From an uncultured Candidatus Saccharibacteria bacterium (GTDB taxonomy: Bacteria > Patescibacteriota > Andersenbacteria > UBA10190): a stretch of 64,000 nucleotides of DNA. A model generated the notes under the pieces. That model did no database searches, was not told the origin of the DNA, and saw only the letters and a program-made list of their open reading frames with translations. A program made the position numbers and the translations under genes. Each line of letters opens with the position of its first letter. Within the stretch, counting starts at the first letter, position 1. Of the stretch, positions 1 through 10,779 are shown one piece after another. The DNA lies in the NCBI GenBank assembly GCA_964392095.1, contig CAYMOF010000001.1, positions 12,401 through 76,400 on the forward strand. Direction: 5' to 3'.

Positions 1-1249
1 GGTAAATAAACCGGCTTGAATTTTCCACTATGATGTCCCGCCCGGAAAACAAATGCGTCATCACGGCCATCCCAATCACAGCCACCACATATAATCCTAT
101 TAAGCTTTTTCTTTTGTTTAAAATAAGCAAACTAACAAGTACCGCGATAGTCGCCGGAGCCAACCTCATACTTTCAAAAGCCGCGCTATAAGAAAAACCC
201 AATCTCCCCCAGGCAGCCTCACCAGACGACATAACCAGATAAAAAATAAGCCAAACGGCCGCCAAGACTGAAAAAATAATTTTTTTTACAGCTCCGGCCC
301 TTTCGTCACTCAAAAAAGTAAAGCCGAAAAACAAAACAATTATCGCCGCCGCTACCGCCCCCAAAACAGCGTTTGATAGAATAAGGGCAATTCCTAAAAA
401 GGACACCGCTAACACCCCGAGTAACTTGTTTTTAATTTTATCTTTTTCCAGCGAATACAACAGAGCAACCAACAAGATAAACATGCCCGTCAGGAAAAAA
501 TGACTTTGAGCATATACATAACCGTCCCAGGAAAGAGCCAAAACATATAAAATCAAAAACATTTGTCCTAAAACCAGTGCCTTCTCCGACCCCACCCCAA
601 GAAGATTACAGTTCCCTTTTCTCAATTCGGACAAATAAACACGGCACCATAAATAAAACACTGGCACGGCTATTACTACTTGGACAAAAACCAAAACGGG
701 AAGTAAATAAAACATGAAATATTCTCCTCCCCAGGCACCTAAAGCATCCGCGTAAGCAGCGTGCAGTAAAACAGGATACTCCAGCTCGCCGCCTCCGTTA
801 AAAGGATTGCCCACAACCAACCCATCCACCTCTCTGGACCGGTTAAAAAGGGACAAAAATGTGGTTGTATCTCCATTATAAAAACCGCTCATTATCCAAT
901 TTCCCCCATGCCAACCGTTGACAGCCAAAATTACCGCCGCCGCTATGGCCACAATAGCTATTCCCATTAACAAAGAAGCTTCTTTAAACCACCAATTTTT
1001 TTCAAATTTAATCCAGCGAAAATTTTTTATGCCGGCCAGCCACAAGCCCAACATAACAAAAGACCCAACCAGATATACGACTGTCTTGTCCATAAACTCC
1101 TCCAGTCCCCTAGCAGCCAAAGTGGACACTAATACTTGAGCCTCAAAAAAAATACCACCAGCCGCCACAAAAGTTAAAATCGTTTTATGTCGGAACAATA
1201 TTCCGCTAGCCAAAAAAGATGCCGCGCCAATTATTATGTAAGCTAACAT
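1..1249 (-). CDS. Polytopic membrane protein, possible GT-C fold glycosyltransferase (3' partial, runs off window)
   Basis: Not in the ORF track. Manual translation from ATG 1249: MLAYIIIGAASFLASG...GFYNGDTTTFLSL...NPFNGGGELEYPVLLHA...LSWDGYVYAQSHFF, open through at least nt 481. Many hydrophobic helices and an acidic early loop. Confidence 0.7.
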   Translation of the reverse strand, partial: MLAYIIIGAASFLASGILFRHKTILTFVAAGGIFFEAQVLVSTLAARGLEEFMDKTVVYLVGSFVMLGLWLAGIKNFRWIKFEKNWWFKEASLLMGIAIVAIAAAVILAVNGWHGGNWIMSGFYNGDTTTFLSLFNRSREVDGLVVGNPFNGGGELEYPVLLHAAYADALGAWGGEYFMFYLLPVLVFVQVVIAVPVFYLWCRVYLSELRKGNCNLLGVGSEKALVLGQMFLILYVLALSWDGYVYAQSHFFLTGMFILLVALLYSLEKDKIKNKLLGVLAVSFLGIALILSNAVLGAVAAAIIVLFFGFTFLSDERAGAVKKIIFSVLAAVWLIFYLVMSSGEAAWGRLGFSYSAAFESMRLAPATIAVLVSLLILNKRKSLIGLYVVAVIGMAVMTHLFSGRDIIVENSSRFIY

Positions 1250-1353
1250 ATATAACCATTATACATTTTTATCTTTTTCAAATTTGATCTTTTCCTTTAC
1301 TAATTAATAAATAAAGCTATTAACTCTACTCTTAATAAGCCCTTTATTATTAT

Positions 1354-2097
1354 ATGTCCAACACTAATCCAATCAGCTTACTCATTCCCGCTTACAATGA
1401 AGCTGAACGTCTAGCTCCGTTTTTGGATTCCGTTGTCGATTATAACCAAACCCACCCATCACACATACATGAAATTATTATTATTGATGACGGCAGCACC
1501 GACAGTACTTACGATCTCGCCGCTTCCTACAGCGACAAACTCCCCGTTAGACTCCTCAAACACCAAAAAAATTCCGGCAAAGGCGCGGCCATTAAAACGG
1601 GAGTTTTTTCTGCCACTGCCGAATATATTGTTTTTACCGACGCCGACGGAGCCACGCCCATAACCGAGCTTTCTAAAATGCTTAGTGCTCTGCATGATCA
1701 TCAAATTGTCGTTGGCAACAGATGGATACCCGGATCAAAAACCGACCGCCATTCCCTATTAAGAAAATTATCCGGCTGGACCTACCGACAATACATGAAA
1801 TTTTACGGCTTGGGCCAAATCGACACGATGTGCGGCTTTAAAGGATACCATCGAAATGTAGCTCTTGATCTTTTCAAAGACCTAATCGATAACCGATGGC
1901 TATTCGACACCGAAATAGCCTACAAAGCGGTTCACCTGAACTACTCTATCACCAACATACCCGTCGAATGGGAATCAAAAGAGGGCAGCAAGCTATCGGC
2001 CTTCTCTTTGATAAAATCCGCTCTTGGCATTAGGCCTCTGCTCAAAAGGGTTGACAAAACACTTTCCATGAAATCTAATAACCACCAAAACAAATAA
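1354..2097 (+). CDS. GT2 polyprenol-phosphate glycosyltransferase (ALG5/dolichyl-phosphate glucosyltransferase-like)
   Basis: LIPAYNEAERL, IDDGSTD, NSGKGAA, FTDADG, DTMCGFK, RWLFDTE. Confidence 0.9.
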   Translation: MSNTNPISLLIPAYNEAERLAPFLDSVVDYNQTHPSHIHEIIIIDDGSTDSTYDLAASYSDKLPVRLLKHQKNSGKGAAIKTGVFSATAEYIVFTDADGATPITELSKMLSALHDHQIVVGNRWIPGSKTDRHSLLRKLSGWTYRQYMKFYGLGQIDTMCGFKGYHRNVALDLFKDLIDNRWLFDTEIAYKAVHLNYSITNIPVEWESKEGSKLSAFSLIKSALGIRPLLKRVDKTLSMKSNNHQNK

Positions 2098-3269
2098 TGA
2101 AAATAATCTTTATCACATCACAATCAGCCGGCGGATCAACTGTCATCGGCCGCATTATCCCTCTCGCTGAGGAATTTAGCCATTTCCACGAAACATATGT
2201 CTTTCTCCTTAAAAACCGTTTGTCTTCGAACAGTTCAACCGACTCCTTCAAAATTAATACTCGCTACACAGGTTTTGAGCCTTTTACTCGAAGCTCTAAA
2301 GGCAAAAAAAGACTGTCTGGTTTAAAACTGTATTCTAACCTCGCCTCAATTATTATCCGGACATTTATTGCCTTAATCTCAATTCATCCCGACTTTATAA
2401 TAATTTCAAAACCTCTCCCTCACAATGTACTTCCCGCCTGGCTCTACTCCTTAATAAACAGAAAAACCAAAATAATATCCGACGTGGATGATTATGAGCT
2501 TAGCGCCAATGTTTTAAATTCAATAACAGCCCGCATTCCAATCCATTGGTCGGAACGACAAGCTGGGCGTATTTCGGACACCATAATAACCGCTTCGCCT
2601 TTTCTGCAAAACCACTTTAAGTTTCTAACAGGAAAAAAAAACATATTTCTAATACCTACTGGTTGCTATCCCGTTACGCCGCCTGTTCCGTCAACTATCA
2701 AAAATTCATCCTCATATAACATCCTCTATATTGGTAGTTTAACATCAAGCTCCGGACACAAGATCGAGCTGTTGCCACCCATTCTAAAAAAAATTTTGGA
2801 TAAAAAAATTTCCGTCACGCTTCATATAGCCGGATCCGGAGACGATGAAGATCAACTAAAATCGCTGCTTAAACAGCTCAATATTAACAACCACTGCCAA
2901 TACCACGGCCACTTCGAAAAAAAACAATTACCGAAAATCACTAAAAACATTAACGTTATAGTTGATCCCATTGACTCTTCCGTAAACGCTCGAGCTAAAA
3001 GCAGTTTCCGGGTCTGCCTGGCTCTGGCCTACGGAATACCTGTCGTTACTAGCAACGTCGGTATTAGACCCCATTTAGTTCCCCCCTCATTTCATAACCG
3101 ATTTTTTGCCCAACCGAACGACCCCTCAGACTACGCGGAAAAAATATTCTTCCTTTTAACAAACTCCTTATCAGAACAAGAAAAGTCAGCCCTTATAAAA
3201 CATTCCCATAAATATCTCTGGCCCCAATTAGCCTCCGACTACATGAAAAAAATTAATCTGTCATCTTAA
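2097..3269 (+). CDS. GT4 family glycosyltransferase
   Basis: GT-B layout; LYIGSL, IAGSG, LAYGIPVVTSNVG; start overlaps upstream stop. Confidence 0.8.
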   Translation: MKIIFITSQSAGGSTVIGRIIPLAEEFSHFHETYVFLLKNRLSSNSSTDSFKINTRYTGFEPFTRSSKGKKRLSGLKLYSNLASIIIRTFIALISIHPDFIIISKPLPHNVLPAWLYSLINRKTKIISDVDDYELSANVLNSITARIPIHWSERQAGRISDTIITASPFLQNHFKFLTGKKNIFLIPTGCYPVTPPVPSTIKNSSSYNILYIGSLTSSSGHKIELLPPILKKILDKKISVTLHIAGSGDDEDQLKSLLKQLNINNHCQYHGHFEKKQLPKITKNINVIVDPIDSSVNARAKSSFRVCLALAYGIPVVTSNVGIRPHLVPPSFHNRFFAQPNDPSDYAEKIFFLLTNSLSEQEKSALIKHSHKYLWPQLASDYMKKINLSS

Positions 3270-3271
3270 AT

Positions 3272-5596
3272 ATGATTTTTATTAAAGCCCTCATTGCTTG
3301 TGCTTTTCCTGTTTTTACCTTATTTTTTCCCGGCCTATTCATATTCAAACAACCACGTTCAATTAACGGTCTTTTTTCTCATCACTCGAAATCATTTATC
3401 TTTAATACCTCTTTTCTATTACTACTAACCCTCCTGTTAACCTTGCTGAAACTCCCCGTCTGGTTTTTTCTAATTACTTCTCTGCTCACCACCGCCCTTT
3501 TTCTTTTCACAAACAGAAAAGAAATTATCAATTATAAAACATTGTTTCTGCAAGCTTCGTTTCTCACCCTGTTCTTGCTAGCTTACCTGCTTTTTTCTTT
3601 TCCCTTTCTCTCCTACCATGTCGGGATGCCAACTGGCGACTCCCAGAAATCAATTTATTGGGCTGATAATATACTAGCCAACACTTCCCTGCCTAATTAT
3701 AAATCTTCCCTTGAGAAACTGAATCGAGATCCGGTGGATTTTTTCACTCCCGGTCTGCACACTGCAACCGCCTATCTAATGAGCCCCTATCGGTCAAGCG
3801 ATATTCGTTTTATGACGATAGGCTTTTACTCAATCGCCGCCTGTCTGGCTATAGCCACAGTGTGTATAAACTTAGCCAAAGAAATAATACCCGCCCCCCA
3901 CAGATTTTTGAGCCTGCTTTTAACTCCTCTTTTTCTACTTTCTAACCCGGCCTTTTTACGCTACTTGCGCGAACCTGGTTATCACTACCAGAACATAATC
4001 GGTGAGCTACTTACGTTTGGTTTGTTGCTTCTTGCAATACAAGTGTTCACCAGGCTAAATCGGACAAATCTGTTTCTTTTTGTGATTTCCTGCCTGGCTC
4101 TTATTTCCGCTCATCAATTTTCCTCTTTTATAACAATCTTTATCTTGTCCCCCCCATTGTTAATACTTGTCGCTTCTCGCCGAAAACATATATTAAAATT
4201 GATTCAACAAAACAAATTATTCTCATTCTCTGTTGCCATCTTTCTGGTAATGAGCGCCACTTTTCTTTTTAGCCTTAATCTGCACGATAAAATACCTCAT
4301 TTGTTTAATCTCAATCCCCACCTCAAAAACCTCACTCCCGGCCCAGACAAATATTTCCACGTTTTTGGAGCAGCCTGGTTTATATCAGGCGTATTTGGTC
4401 TAATTCTGCTTTCGCTTCCTCTATTCAGAAAGACCCGCCTCCCGCGATTAGCCTTTATTATCTCAACTTTTACTCTACTTCTTCTGTCTCAAGGACCGCG
4501 TTTATACATAGACATTCCTCCCGTTAGAGCGGCCTACTACCTCATTGTTCCTTTAAGTATAACCGGAGCTTATTTTTTCTCTTTCCTTTTGAATAAAACC
4601 GGATTGCTAAAAAGGAAATTTTTTTTAAGAATTTCCCTCGCCGCTATCATAATTCACCTTTCCTGTTCAGGCCTGGCCCAAGCCTACAATCTTTCTCACC
4701 AGGTCAGAACCAACTCGACTCTCATTCCTGAATATATAAACGCTATTAATTACCTCAATCAGTTTTCCGAAGGAGCCGTTTTAATCGATGATTACAACCG
4801 CAGATCAGCGTCCTGGTTGATGCTCTCCGGCTTAAACACTTATTCTAGAATTTCGGCTGATCTAAAAAGACAAATGCAGGAAGCCTCGCAGTCAGACACT
4901 CGCTATTCGCTCTATCTTAAACAACTGGACTACGAAAAGATATTTTCCCTGGGAAGCAAGCCCATATCGAAATATTTATTAGATAAACATTCTATCAACT
5001 GGATTACCGGCATAGACAATTCAAGTTCCACCAGCCTTGAATTCAATCCGGCGCTCATTAAAACCATCGAAGCGAACACGGTCAATCTTTACCATGTCAA
5101 AAAACAGGTTGACCAATCCCTCAATCAAAAAAACAAAATTTCCAACTGGCTTCTTAAAACCAGCACCTTGGTAAATGATATTGGCGACCGGGAAGATACT
5201 TACAAACACCTCCCGGCCAGCCTTCGAACAACCCGCCTTTCTGATCCTATAATTAAAGACGATCTAACCTATCGCACTTCTTCTGCTCCGATTATTCCTC
5301 TTTACTTCAACATAAATGATTACGTTTCTTTATTATGGAACAAAGAAGGCACCAGCCAACCAGATACCAGCGTCGAGCTGTATATTTCAGCCCCCAACAA
5401 CAGTTCATATCCATTAACAGTCTCAACTCCAAACAATAATGAATATGTCTTGACTTCAGAAAAACCCACCGTAAAAATTCCTCCCGCTCACGTTCCCATA
5501 AACAATCAGGGTTTTATTGTTATTAATATCTTGAACCCCCAGCAATTACCCGTATCTTTAGATCTTATAGCCCTGGGTTTAGCAAAAACCCCTTAA
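3272..5596 (+). CDS. Large polytopic membrane protein, putative GT-C glycosyltransferase with C-terminal extracellular domain
   Basis: 774 aa, many TM segments, PTGD loop after the N-terminal helices, soluble C-terminus. Confidence 0.6.
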   Translation: MIFIKALIACAFPVFTLFFPGLFIFKQPRSINGLFSHHSKSFIFNTSFLLLLTLLLTLLKLPVWFFLITSLLTTALFLFTNRKEIINYKTLFLQASFLTLFLLAYLLFSFPFLSYHVGMPTGDSQKSIYWADNILANTSLPNYKSSLEKLNRDPVDFFTPGLHTATAYLMSPYRSSDIRFMTIGFYSIAACLAIATVCINLAKEIIPAPHRFLSLLLTPLFLLSNPAFLRYLREPGYHYQNIIGELLTFGLLLLAIQVFTRLNRTNLFLFVISCLALISAHQFSSFITIFILSPPLLILVASRRKHILKLIQQNKLFSFSVAIFLVMSATFLFSLNLHDKIPHLFNLNPHLKNLTPGPDKYFHVFGAAWFISGVFGLILLSLPLFRKTRLPRLAFIISTFTLLLLSQGPRLYIDIPPVRAAYYLIVPLSITGAYFFSFLLNKTGLLKRKFFLRISLAAIIIHLSCSGLAQAYNLSHQVRTNSTLIPEYINAINYLNQFSEGAVLIDDYNRRSASWLMLSGLNTYSRISADLKRQMQEASQSDTRYSLYLKQLDYEKIFSLGSKPISKYLLDKHSINWITGIDNSSSTSLEFNPALIKTIEANTVNLYHVKKQVDQSLNQKNKISNWLLKTSTLVNDIGDREDTYKHLPASLRTTRLSDPIIKDDLTYRTSSAPIIPLYFNINDYVSLLWNKEGTSQPDTSVELYISAPNNSSYPLTVSTPNNNEYVLTSEKPTVKIPPAHVPINNQGFIVINILNPQQLPVSLDLIALGLAKTP

Positions 5597-5611
5597 CCTC
5601 GTCCAATCCCT

Positions 5612-7066
5612 ATGCAATCTCGCGTTTCTGGAGCCGTGTCTCTCACTTTTGCCCAAGCCGTCCTTCTAATTTTGGGATGGGTTACTCACCCTTTAATAGG
5701 ACGTCTTCTAGGCACGGCCGCTTACGGCATATATGGGGTTGTTCTGTCTGTCCAAAGCATCATCGGCCTTTTTCTTACTCTGGGCGTGCCAATCGCTATA
5801 TCCAGATATGTCGCCCAAGATCCCCAGCACGCCAAAAACACGCTCCAACAGGGACTAAAAATTCAAATATCCCTGGCCTTTCTAATCTCAATCATTACCT
5901 TTTTTATTAGCCCTATTATGGCCCAGGCCCTCGGAGACCCCTCTCTCACTCCTTATTTTAGATTTATTTCTCTTGTCGTTTTCGTACAATCCGGTTATCC
6001 CGTCTTTGTTCAATATTTCAGCGGACTTCACCTTTTTAACAAACAAGCTCTTTTAACTGTAATTTATGCCATCATTAAATTAGGCGCGGCCATTTCTCTG
6101 ATCTTTGTTTTTAACATATATGGAGCCTTCAGCGGATTCGCCATCGGGGGACTGATTGCCGCTTTTTTGGGTTACTTATGGTCCAAAAATCTCGGCGGCC
6201 GATTAACCAAACGCTTGCCGTTAAACTCTTTCCTTTCTTTTGCCAGCTCTTACGTTTTTATTCTTTTTGGCCTTCAGCTTCTCATCAGCCTGGATCTATT
6301 TATGGTCAAAGCCCTTCTTAAAGACAATGTATCCGTCGGCTATTACAACGCTTCTGTCACACTGTCACGCATCCCTTACCTGCTCCTCCAGGGACTTTCC
6401 TTCGTACTATTACCCAGTGTTTCCTCGCTAACAAAACCCGGGGCTTCCCACACCAAGGCCGTTAGGTTTATAAGCAACACCCTACGCTATCTTATTGCCA
6501 TAATCGTGCCGGGAGCAATGCTGGCGGCCACCACCAGCAAAAACCTCATCATACTTTTTTTCAGCACAGATTACCTGCCCGCGGCCAGCAGCCTGACTAT
6601 CCTTATGATCGGTCTCAGTACTCTGGCTTTTTTTCTGTTGTTAGCCAATATTATTGCCGGCGCCGGCCGTCCTTTAATTGCCTTGTTTACAACATTACTC
6701 ACCTTGGTCATTAGCGGTCTCTTGGGTTACATCCTCATTCCGTCTTTTGGCATATACGGAGCCGCGTGGCAAACAACCATCGCCAGTCTTATCGGCTTGC
6801 TTATTCTTTCCATCTATACCTTCAAATCATTTAATATCCCCCTTCCTTTAAAGAGCGCCTTTAACATCACTATCGCTTCTGGACTGGCTGTAATCCCCAC
6901 CTACATATGGTCTGTCCCTCCGCTTCTCTTACCTGCTCAATACCTGGTTCTTTTTTCCTTATACGCGCTTGCCTTGCTCTTCCTCGGAGAAATAAAGAAA
7001 TCAGATATTGACCTCATAGCAAACTCTCATCCGCTTTTTAATAAATTATTATCACGCCTTAAATAA
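5612..7066 (+). CDS. Wzx-type oligosaccharide flippase (MOP superfamily)
   Basis: RLLGTAAYGIY, LGVPIAISRYVA, DLFMVK..VGYYNAS, LIPSFGIYGAAW; 12-14 TM. Confidence 0.88.
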   Translation: MQSRVSGAVSLTFAQAVLLILGWVTHPLIGRLLGTAAYGIYGVVLSVQSIIGLFLTLGVPIAISRYVAQDPQHAKNTLQQGLKIQISLAFLISIITFFISPIMAQALGDPSLTPYFRFISLVVFVQSGYPVFVQYFSGLHLFNKQALLTVIYAIIKLGAAISLIFVFNIYGAFSGFAIGGLIAAFLGYLWSKNLGGRLTKRLPLNSFLSFASSYVFILFGLQLLISLDLFMVKALLKDNVSVGYYNASVTLSRIPYLLLQGLSFVLLPSVSSLTKPGASHTKAVRFISNTLRYLIAIIVPGAMLAATTSKNLIILFFSTDYLPAASSLTILMIGLSTLAFFLLLANIIAGAGRPLIALFTTLLTLVISGLLGYILIPSFGIYGAAWQTTIASLIGLLILSIYTFKSFNIPLPLKSAFNITIASGLAVIPTYIWSVPPLLLPAQYLVLFSLYALALLFLGEIKKSDIDLIANSHPLFNKLLSRLK

Positions 7067-7068
7067 CC

Positions 7069-7653
7069 ATGATTAGTCGCCGACCAATAATCATATTAAG
7101 CCTAATTATAATCGCTTTCACCGTCCTCCCGCTCATCTGGTTTACCTCCAAAACATCAATCAAGGTCGGCTCATTAGAAAACATAAAAGGCATACCTTTT
7201 GCCGCTCATAACAATTCTGTACTAATAACAGAAGAATTAGCCCATACTGACATTTACTTAAACAAATCCATTTTCGCCAAACAGGCAAAAATAAAAATTA
7301 CTTTTACCCCCCTAAAAACCTCATCTATTTCAGTGGGCATACGCGAAAATCCGTTTTGGTTAAGTTATACTCAATATCCCCTTTACAATTCATCAGCTAA
7401 CAATTCCCAAAACGATAAAATCCGAGCCGAAGCCACCATACCCCTAACCGATAAACTTACCGACAAAGACGGTTTTTTAGACATGATGATTTTTTCTAAC
7501 TCGCCCAACCTCTCTATTGCCGGCCAACCACACCCGGACTTCACTTATTGGTTATTGCACGATCTTGAAATCAACGTTGAGCCTGTCGTGCCTTCACGTC
7601 TAGAAGCTAAAGATTTTATCTTATCAATATTTAAAAACGAGAAACCAATATAA
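7069..7653 (+). CDS. Hypothetical membrane-anchored extracellular protein
   Basis: Single N-terminal TM followed by a beta-rich soluble domain; operonic spacing. Confidence 0.7.
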   Translation: MISRRPIIILSLIIIAFTVLPLIWFTSKTSIKVGSLENIKGIPFAAHNNSVLITEELAHTDIYLNKSIFAKQAKIKITFTPLKTSSISVGIRENPFWLSYTQYPLYNSSANNSQNDKIRAEATIPLTDKLTDKDGFLDMMIFSNSPNLSIAGQPHPDFTYWLLHDLEINVEPVVPSRLEAKDFILSIFKNEKPI

Positions 7654-7661
7654 ATTATTTT

Positions 7662-9170
7662 ATGAACAATAGTCTCCGCAAACTCAAAAACCCCCTCTTT
7701 TTTATAGTTGTCCTATTACTGCTGGTTGCCAGTATTCCTATCCTTAACACCAAGGTAGATAGAATATCAGCCAACCTTAAACCCGACGAAGGAATAATAA
7801 ACGGACAGGTATTAAAAAAAGCTACCAGCTACCGTCAATCATTCCTTGTTAACACTAAAAACATTTCCAAGATCGGCTTCCACCTTAGATATACCGTCAC
7901 CACCCCCCCCATTGGCAACCTTTCCATTAACATTTTAAGAAATAAACAAATCATTTTTTCCCAAACAGTTAATTCATCTCTAATTGACTCTGCCGGTCCC
8001 ACCTACGTTAAAATCAATCCTCCAATCAAAACCTCCCCCGGTGAAAAACTGTCAGCCGAGATTTTGGTTTCTAAAGAACTAAATCAGGTTTTAAGAGCCC
8101 AACACCGCCATCTGGACAAGTCTTTCAACCCCAAAACGACTACTTTTTATATAAACGACGTTCAGCAACCTAGCCCTCTTGCCTATCAAACACTTTACTC
8201 CCACACGCCTCCTCTAGCTTTGCAACTTGGCTGTCTCCTTATTTTCACATCTCTGGCCGCCCTTTTAATAAAAATATTCAAGCTTCCTCAAGAGCTTTTC
8301 ACTCATCCTTTCTCCTCCATAATTCTTAAAAAAATATCTCCCGGAAAAAGAACTGCTTTCGCCCTCCTGATTTTATCTTATGTCTTAACCGCCCCCGCTT
8401 TATTTCTTTTTTCAATAAAGGGAAACGCCAATCAACTATTAACTATTTATTTTTATTCAGTTGCCGTTCTCTCCTTATTTATCTTCATCTCCTGTAAAAA
8501 AAATCTAGCTATGGTTCCCGCGCTCTTTGGTTCTCACGCTCTCGCCTTCTCCAGCTGGTATCCCCTTCAAGTTCTTTCCAGCAAGCCCCGTCTAGCCGTT
8601 ATTACCATCGCCCTTCTCTTTATTGTCGCCCTTTTGCCTATCCGCAAAACAGCTCCTCAATTCAGTGCGCTCTCAAGCTCTCTTCTTCTTATTATTCTCT
8701 TATTGCTTATAAAACTCTCTTTTATTGAGCCCGGAGTCACCTCTAATGTCCGAGATATCTTTCTCGACCCCAACCAGTCTATCATGGCCGACAAAAAAAA
8801 CAGCTTGAGCTGGAACAATTACGGCAGTTATATAGGAATTATCCCTGCGTTTTTTGCGTTTGCCGGAATTTTTTTTCATCATAAGAAATTTCTGCCTGTT
8901 CTTACCATAGGTCTTGTCGGATTAGCCCTGGCCACCATCTCTCCCATTACCGCTTTTTTTAACCAATTTTTTCCCCTGCCCGGACAAAACTTGTCCATAC
9001 TGATAACTATGTCCTTAAGCTTTTTTGCGGCGATAGGATTACAGTCTTCTATGAATTTCTTCAACCCCGGAAAATATAAATTTCAAAGCGGCCTTATTCT
9101 TTTACTTTTTTCTCTTATCACCATAATATCTCTCCTCGATATCTGGCATGTATCAGCCACTATCCGATAA
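7662..9170 (+). CDS. Membrane protein with extracellular N-domain and YfhO/GT-C-like TM region
   Basis: N-terminal TM, about 160-aa soluble domain, then multiple TMs with WNNYGSYIG. Confidence 0.55.
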   Translation: MNNSLRKLKNPLFFIVVLLLLVASIPILNTKVDRISANLKPDEGIINGQVLKKATSYRQSFLVNTKNISKIGFHLRYTVTTPPIGNLSINILRNKQIIFSQTVNSSLIDSAGPTYVKINPPIKTSPGEKLSAEILVSKELNQVLRAQHRHLDKSFNPKTTTFYINDVQQPSPLAYQTLYSHTPPLALQLGCLLIFTSLAALLIKIFKLPQELFTHPFSSIILKKISPGKRTAFALLILSYVLTAPALFLFSIKGNANQLLTIYFYSVAVLSLFIFISCKKNLAMVPALFGSHALAFSSWYPLQVLSSKPRLAVITIALLFIVALLPIRKTAPQFSALSSSLLLIILLLLIKLSFIEPGVTSNVRDIFLDPNQSIMADKKNSLSWNNYGSYIGIIPAFFAFAGIFFHHKKFLPVLTIGLVGLALATISPITAFFNQFFPLPGQNLSILITMSLSFFAAIGLQSSMNFFNPGKYKFQSGLILLLFSLITIISLLDIWHVSATIR

Positions 9171-9182
9171 ACCGCTTCTAAA

Positions 9183-10763
9183 ATGTCCGAATCTTCCCTA
9201 AAAAAAGAACAGATCCAAACTTCAAAATTTGCCGGCCTCATCGGCTTAACCGCGCTGGGAGGCGCCTTGCTTGGATTTTTCTTACAATTAGCCGTCGCTT
9301 ACTTTTTTGGTGCCTCATATAAAACGGACGCGTTTTTTATGGCCATGTCTACTTCAGAGCTTCTTTCCAAACTACTGCTGGGAGGCTCAATCACGGCCGT
9401 TTTCCTTCCTGTTTTCGTAAACAAAATATCCCGCCAACGGGATAAAGAAGCCTGGTCCCTAGCTCTAAACCTAATCCACCTTACCATCATTGTAATGTCT
9501 TTCGTTCTTGTTCTCCTGGGCGTTTTCACCCGCCCCTTTGTCAACTTTATTGCTCCCGGTTTCGACGAGCAAACCACCTCCTTAACAACAAACATGCTAC
9601 GCCTTTTACTTCCCTCATTTTTGTTCCTTTTTCTAATAGAGCTCGGTACATCCATGATGCACTCCCTTCGCAGATTCACTATACCGGCCTTCCTGCGAAT
9701 AATAGCCCCCTCTACATCCTTAATAATCCTGCTTACTTTCTACAAAATCATCGGTATTTATGCTCTGGCCGTCGGCGCTTTAACCAGCTCTGTATTACAA
9801 CTAGTCCTTCTTTATTATGGTTTGCGCAAAAACGGTCTAGCTTACCGCTTTGTATTTAATCCTCTCCACCGCGATATTAAACACATTTTTTATTTAGTTT
9901 ATCCATTTGCAATTTCCGTCCTAGTTACACAAATGGCGGGTATTGTCTATCGAATCCTCGCTTCTGAACTATCCGAAGGAAGCCTTGCTTCACTCAAATT
10001 CGCCGAGAAAATCACCCAAATGATAACCATTATCTTCTTAACATCCATTACTATGGTTATCTATCCCAACCTATCCCGAAAAGCGTCGTACAAAGATTAT
10101 AACGGGATGCGCGACACCATTGCTTACGCTATCAGGTTAATCATTCTTCTAATCTTGCCCATCACTATCGGTGTTATCATGCTTCGCCTTCCCCTGGTCT
10201 CTTTTATTTACCAACGAGGGTCTTTCACGGCTGAAGACGCTTACTTAACCAGCACTGCTCTCCTGTTTTTGGTTATTGGCCTAACCACTAACGGCATAAG
10301 CTCTGTTCTCGGCCACGCTACCCTCGCTCTTCAAAAAACGAGAGTGGCCGTGGCCGTAAGTTGCGCTTCCCAAGCAATAGCTATATTCCTATTTATAATT
10401 CTTACCCCAAAAATGTCCCTCGCCGGACTCGCTTTAGCTTCTTCTCTTGTCCCAATAGCCACCGCCATTCTTTATGCGCTTCACCTTAAAAATCACATCA
10501 GCAATCTACTCTCCGTATTCACCGGTTCTTTCTACAGCAAAACTTTATTTCTGGCAATTGTTCTCGTAATTGCGCTTCACTTTTCTTTGCTTTTCTGTAA
10601 TTTCCCCCAATTTCCCCCGCAAACAGCTCTATTCCTAAAAATTCTAATACCGTCCATTATCGGAACTTTTGTTTTCTTTGGAGGAGCATACATACTACAC
10701 ATATCAGAAATTAGAGATCTAACGACCATCCTCGGTCGCAAATTATTAAAATATCTTACTTAA
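9183..10763 (+). CDS. MurJ/MviN-like lipid-linked glycan flippase
   Basis: AYFFGASYKTDAFF, LGGSITAVFLPVF, IAPGF, QRGSFT..DA; 14 TM. Confidence 0.82.
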   Translation: MSESSLKKEQIQTSKFAGLIGLTALGGALLGFFLQLAVAYFFGASYKTDAFFMAMSTSELLSKLLLGGSITAVFLPVFVNKISRQRDKEAWSLALNLIHLTIIVMSFVLVLLGVFTRPFVNFIAPGFDEQTTSLTTNMLRLLLPSFLFLFLIELGTSMMHSLRRFTIPAFLRIIAPSTSLIILLTFYKIIGIYALAVGALTSSVLQLVLLYYGLRKNGLAYRFVFNPLHRDIKHIFYLVYPFAISVLVTQMAGIVYRILASELSEGSLASLKFAEKITQMITIIFLTSITMVIYPNLSRKASYKDYNGMRDTIAYAIRLIILLILPITIGVIMLRLPLVSFIYQRGSFTAEDAYLTSTALLFLVIGLTTNGISSVLGHATLALQKTRVAVAVSCASQAIAIFLFIILTPKMSLAGLALASSLVPIATAILYALHLKNHISNLLSVFTGSFYSKTLFLAIVLVIALHFSLLFCNFPQFPPQTALFLKILIPSIIGTFVFFGGAYILHISEIRDLTTILGRKLLKYLT

Positions 10764-10779
10764 CTAACTAAACCTGCTT

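Noticed and set aside
918-1139. 73-aa plus-strand ORF
   Set aside because: Antisense to the longer minus-strand membrane protein gene starting at 1249
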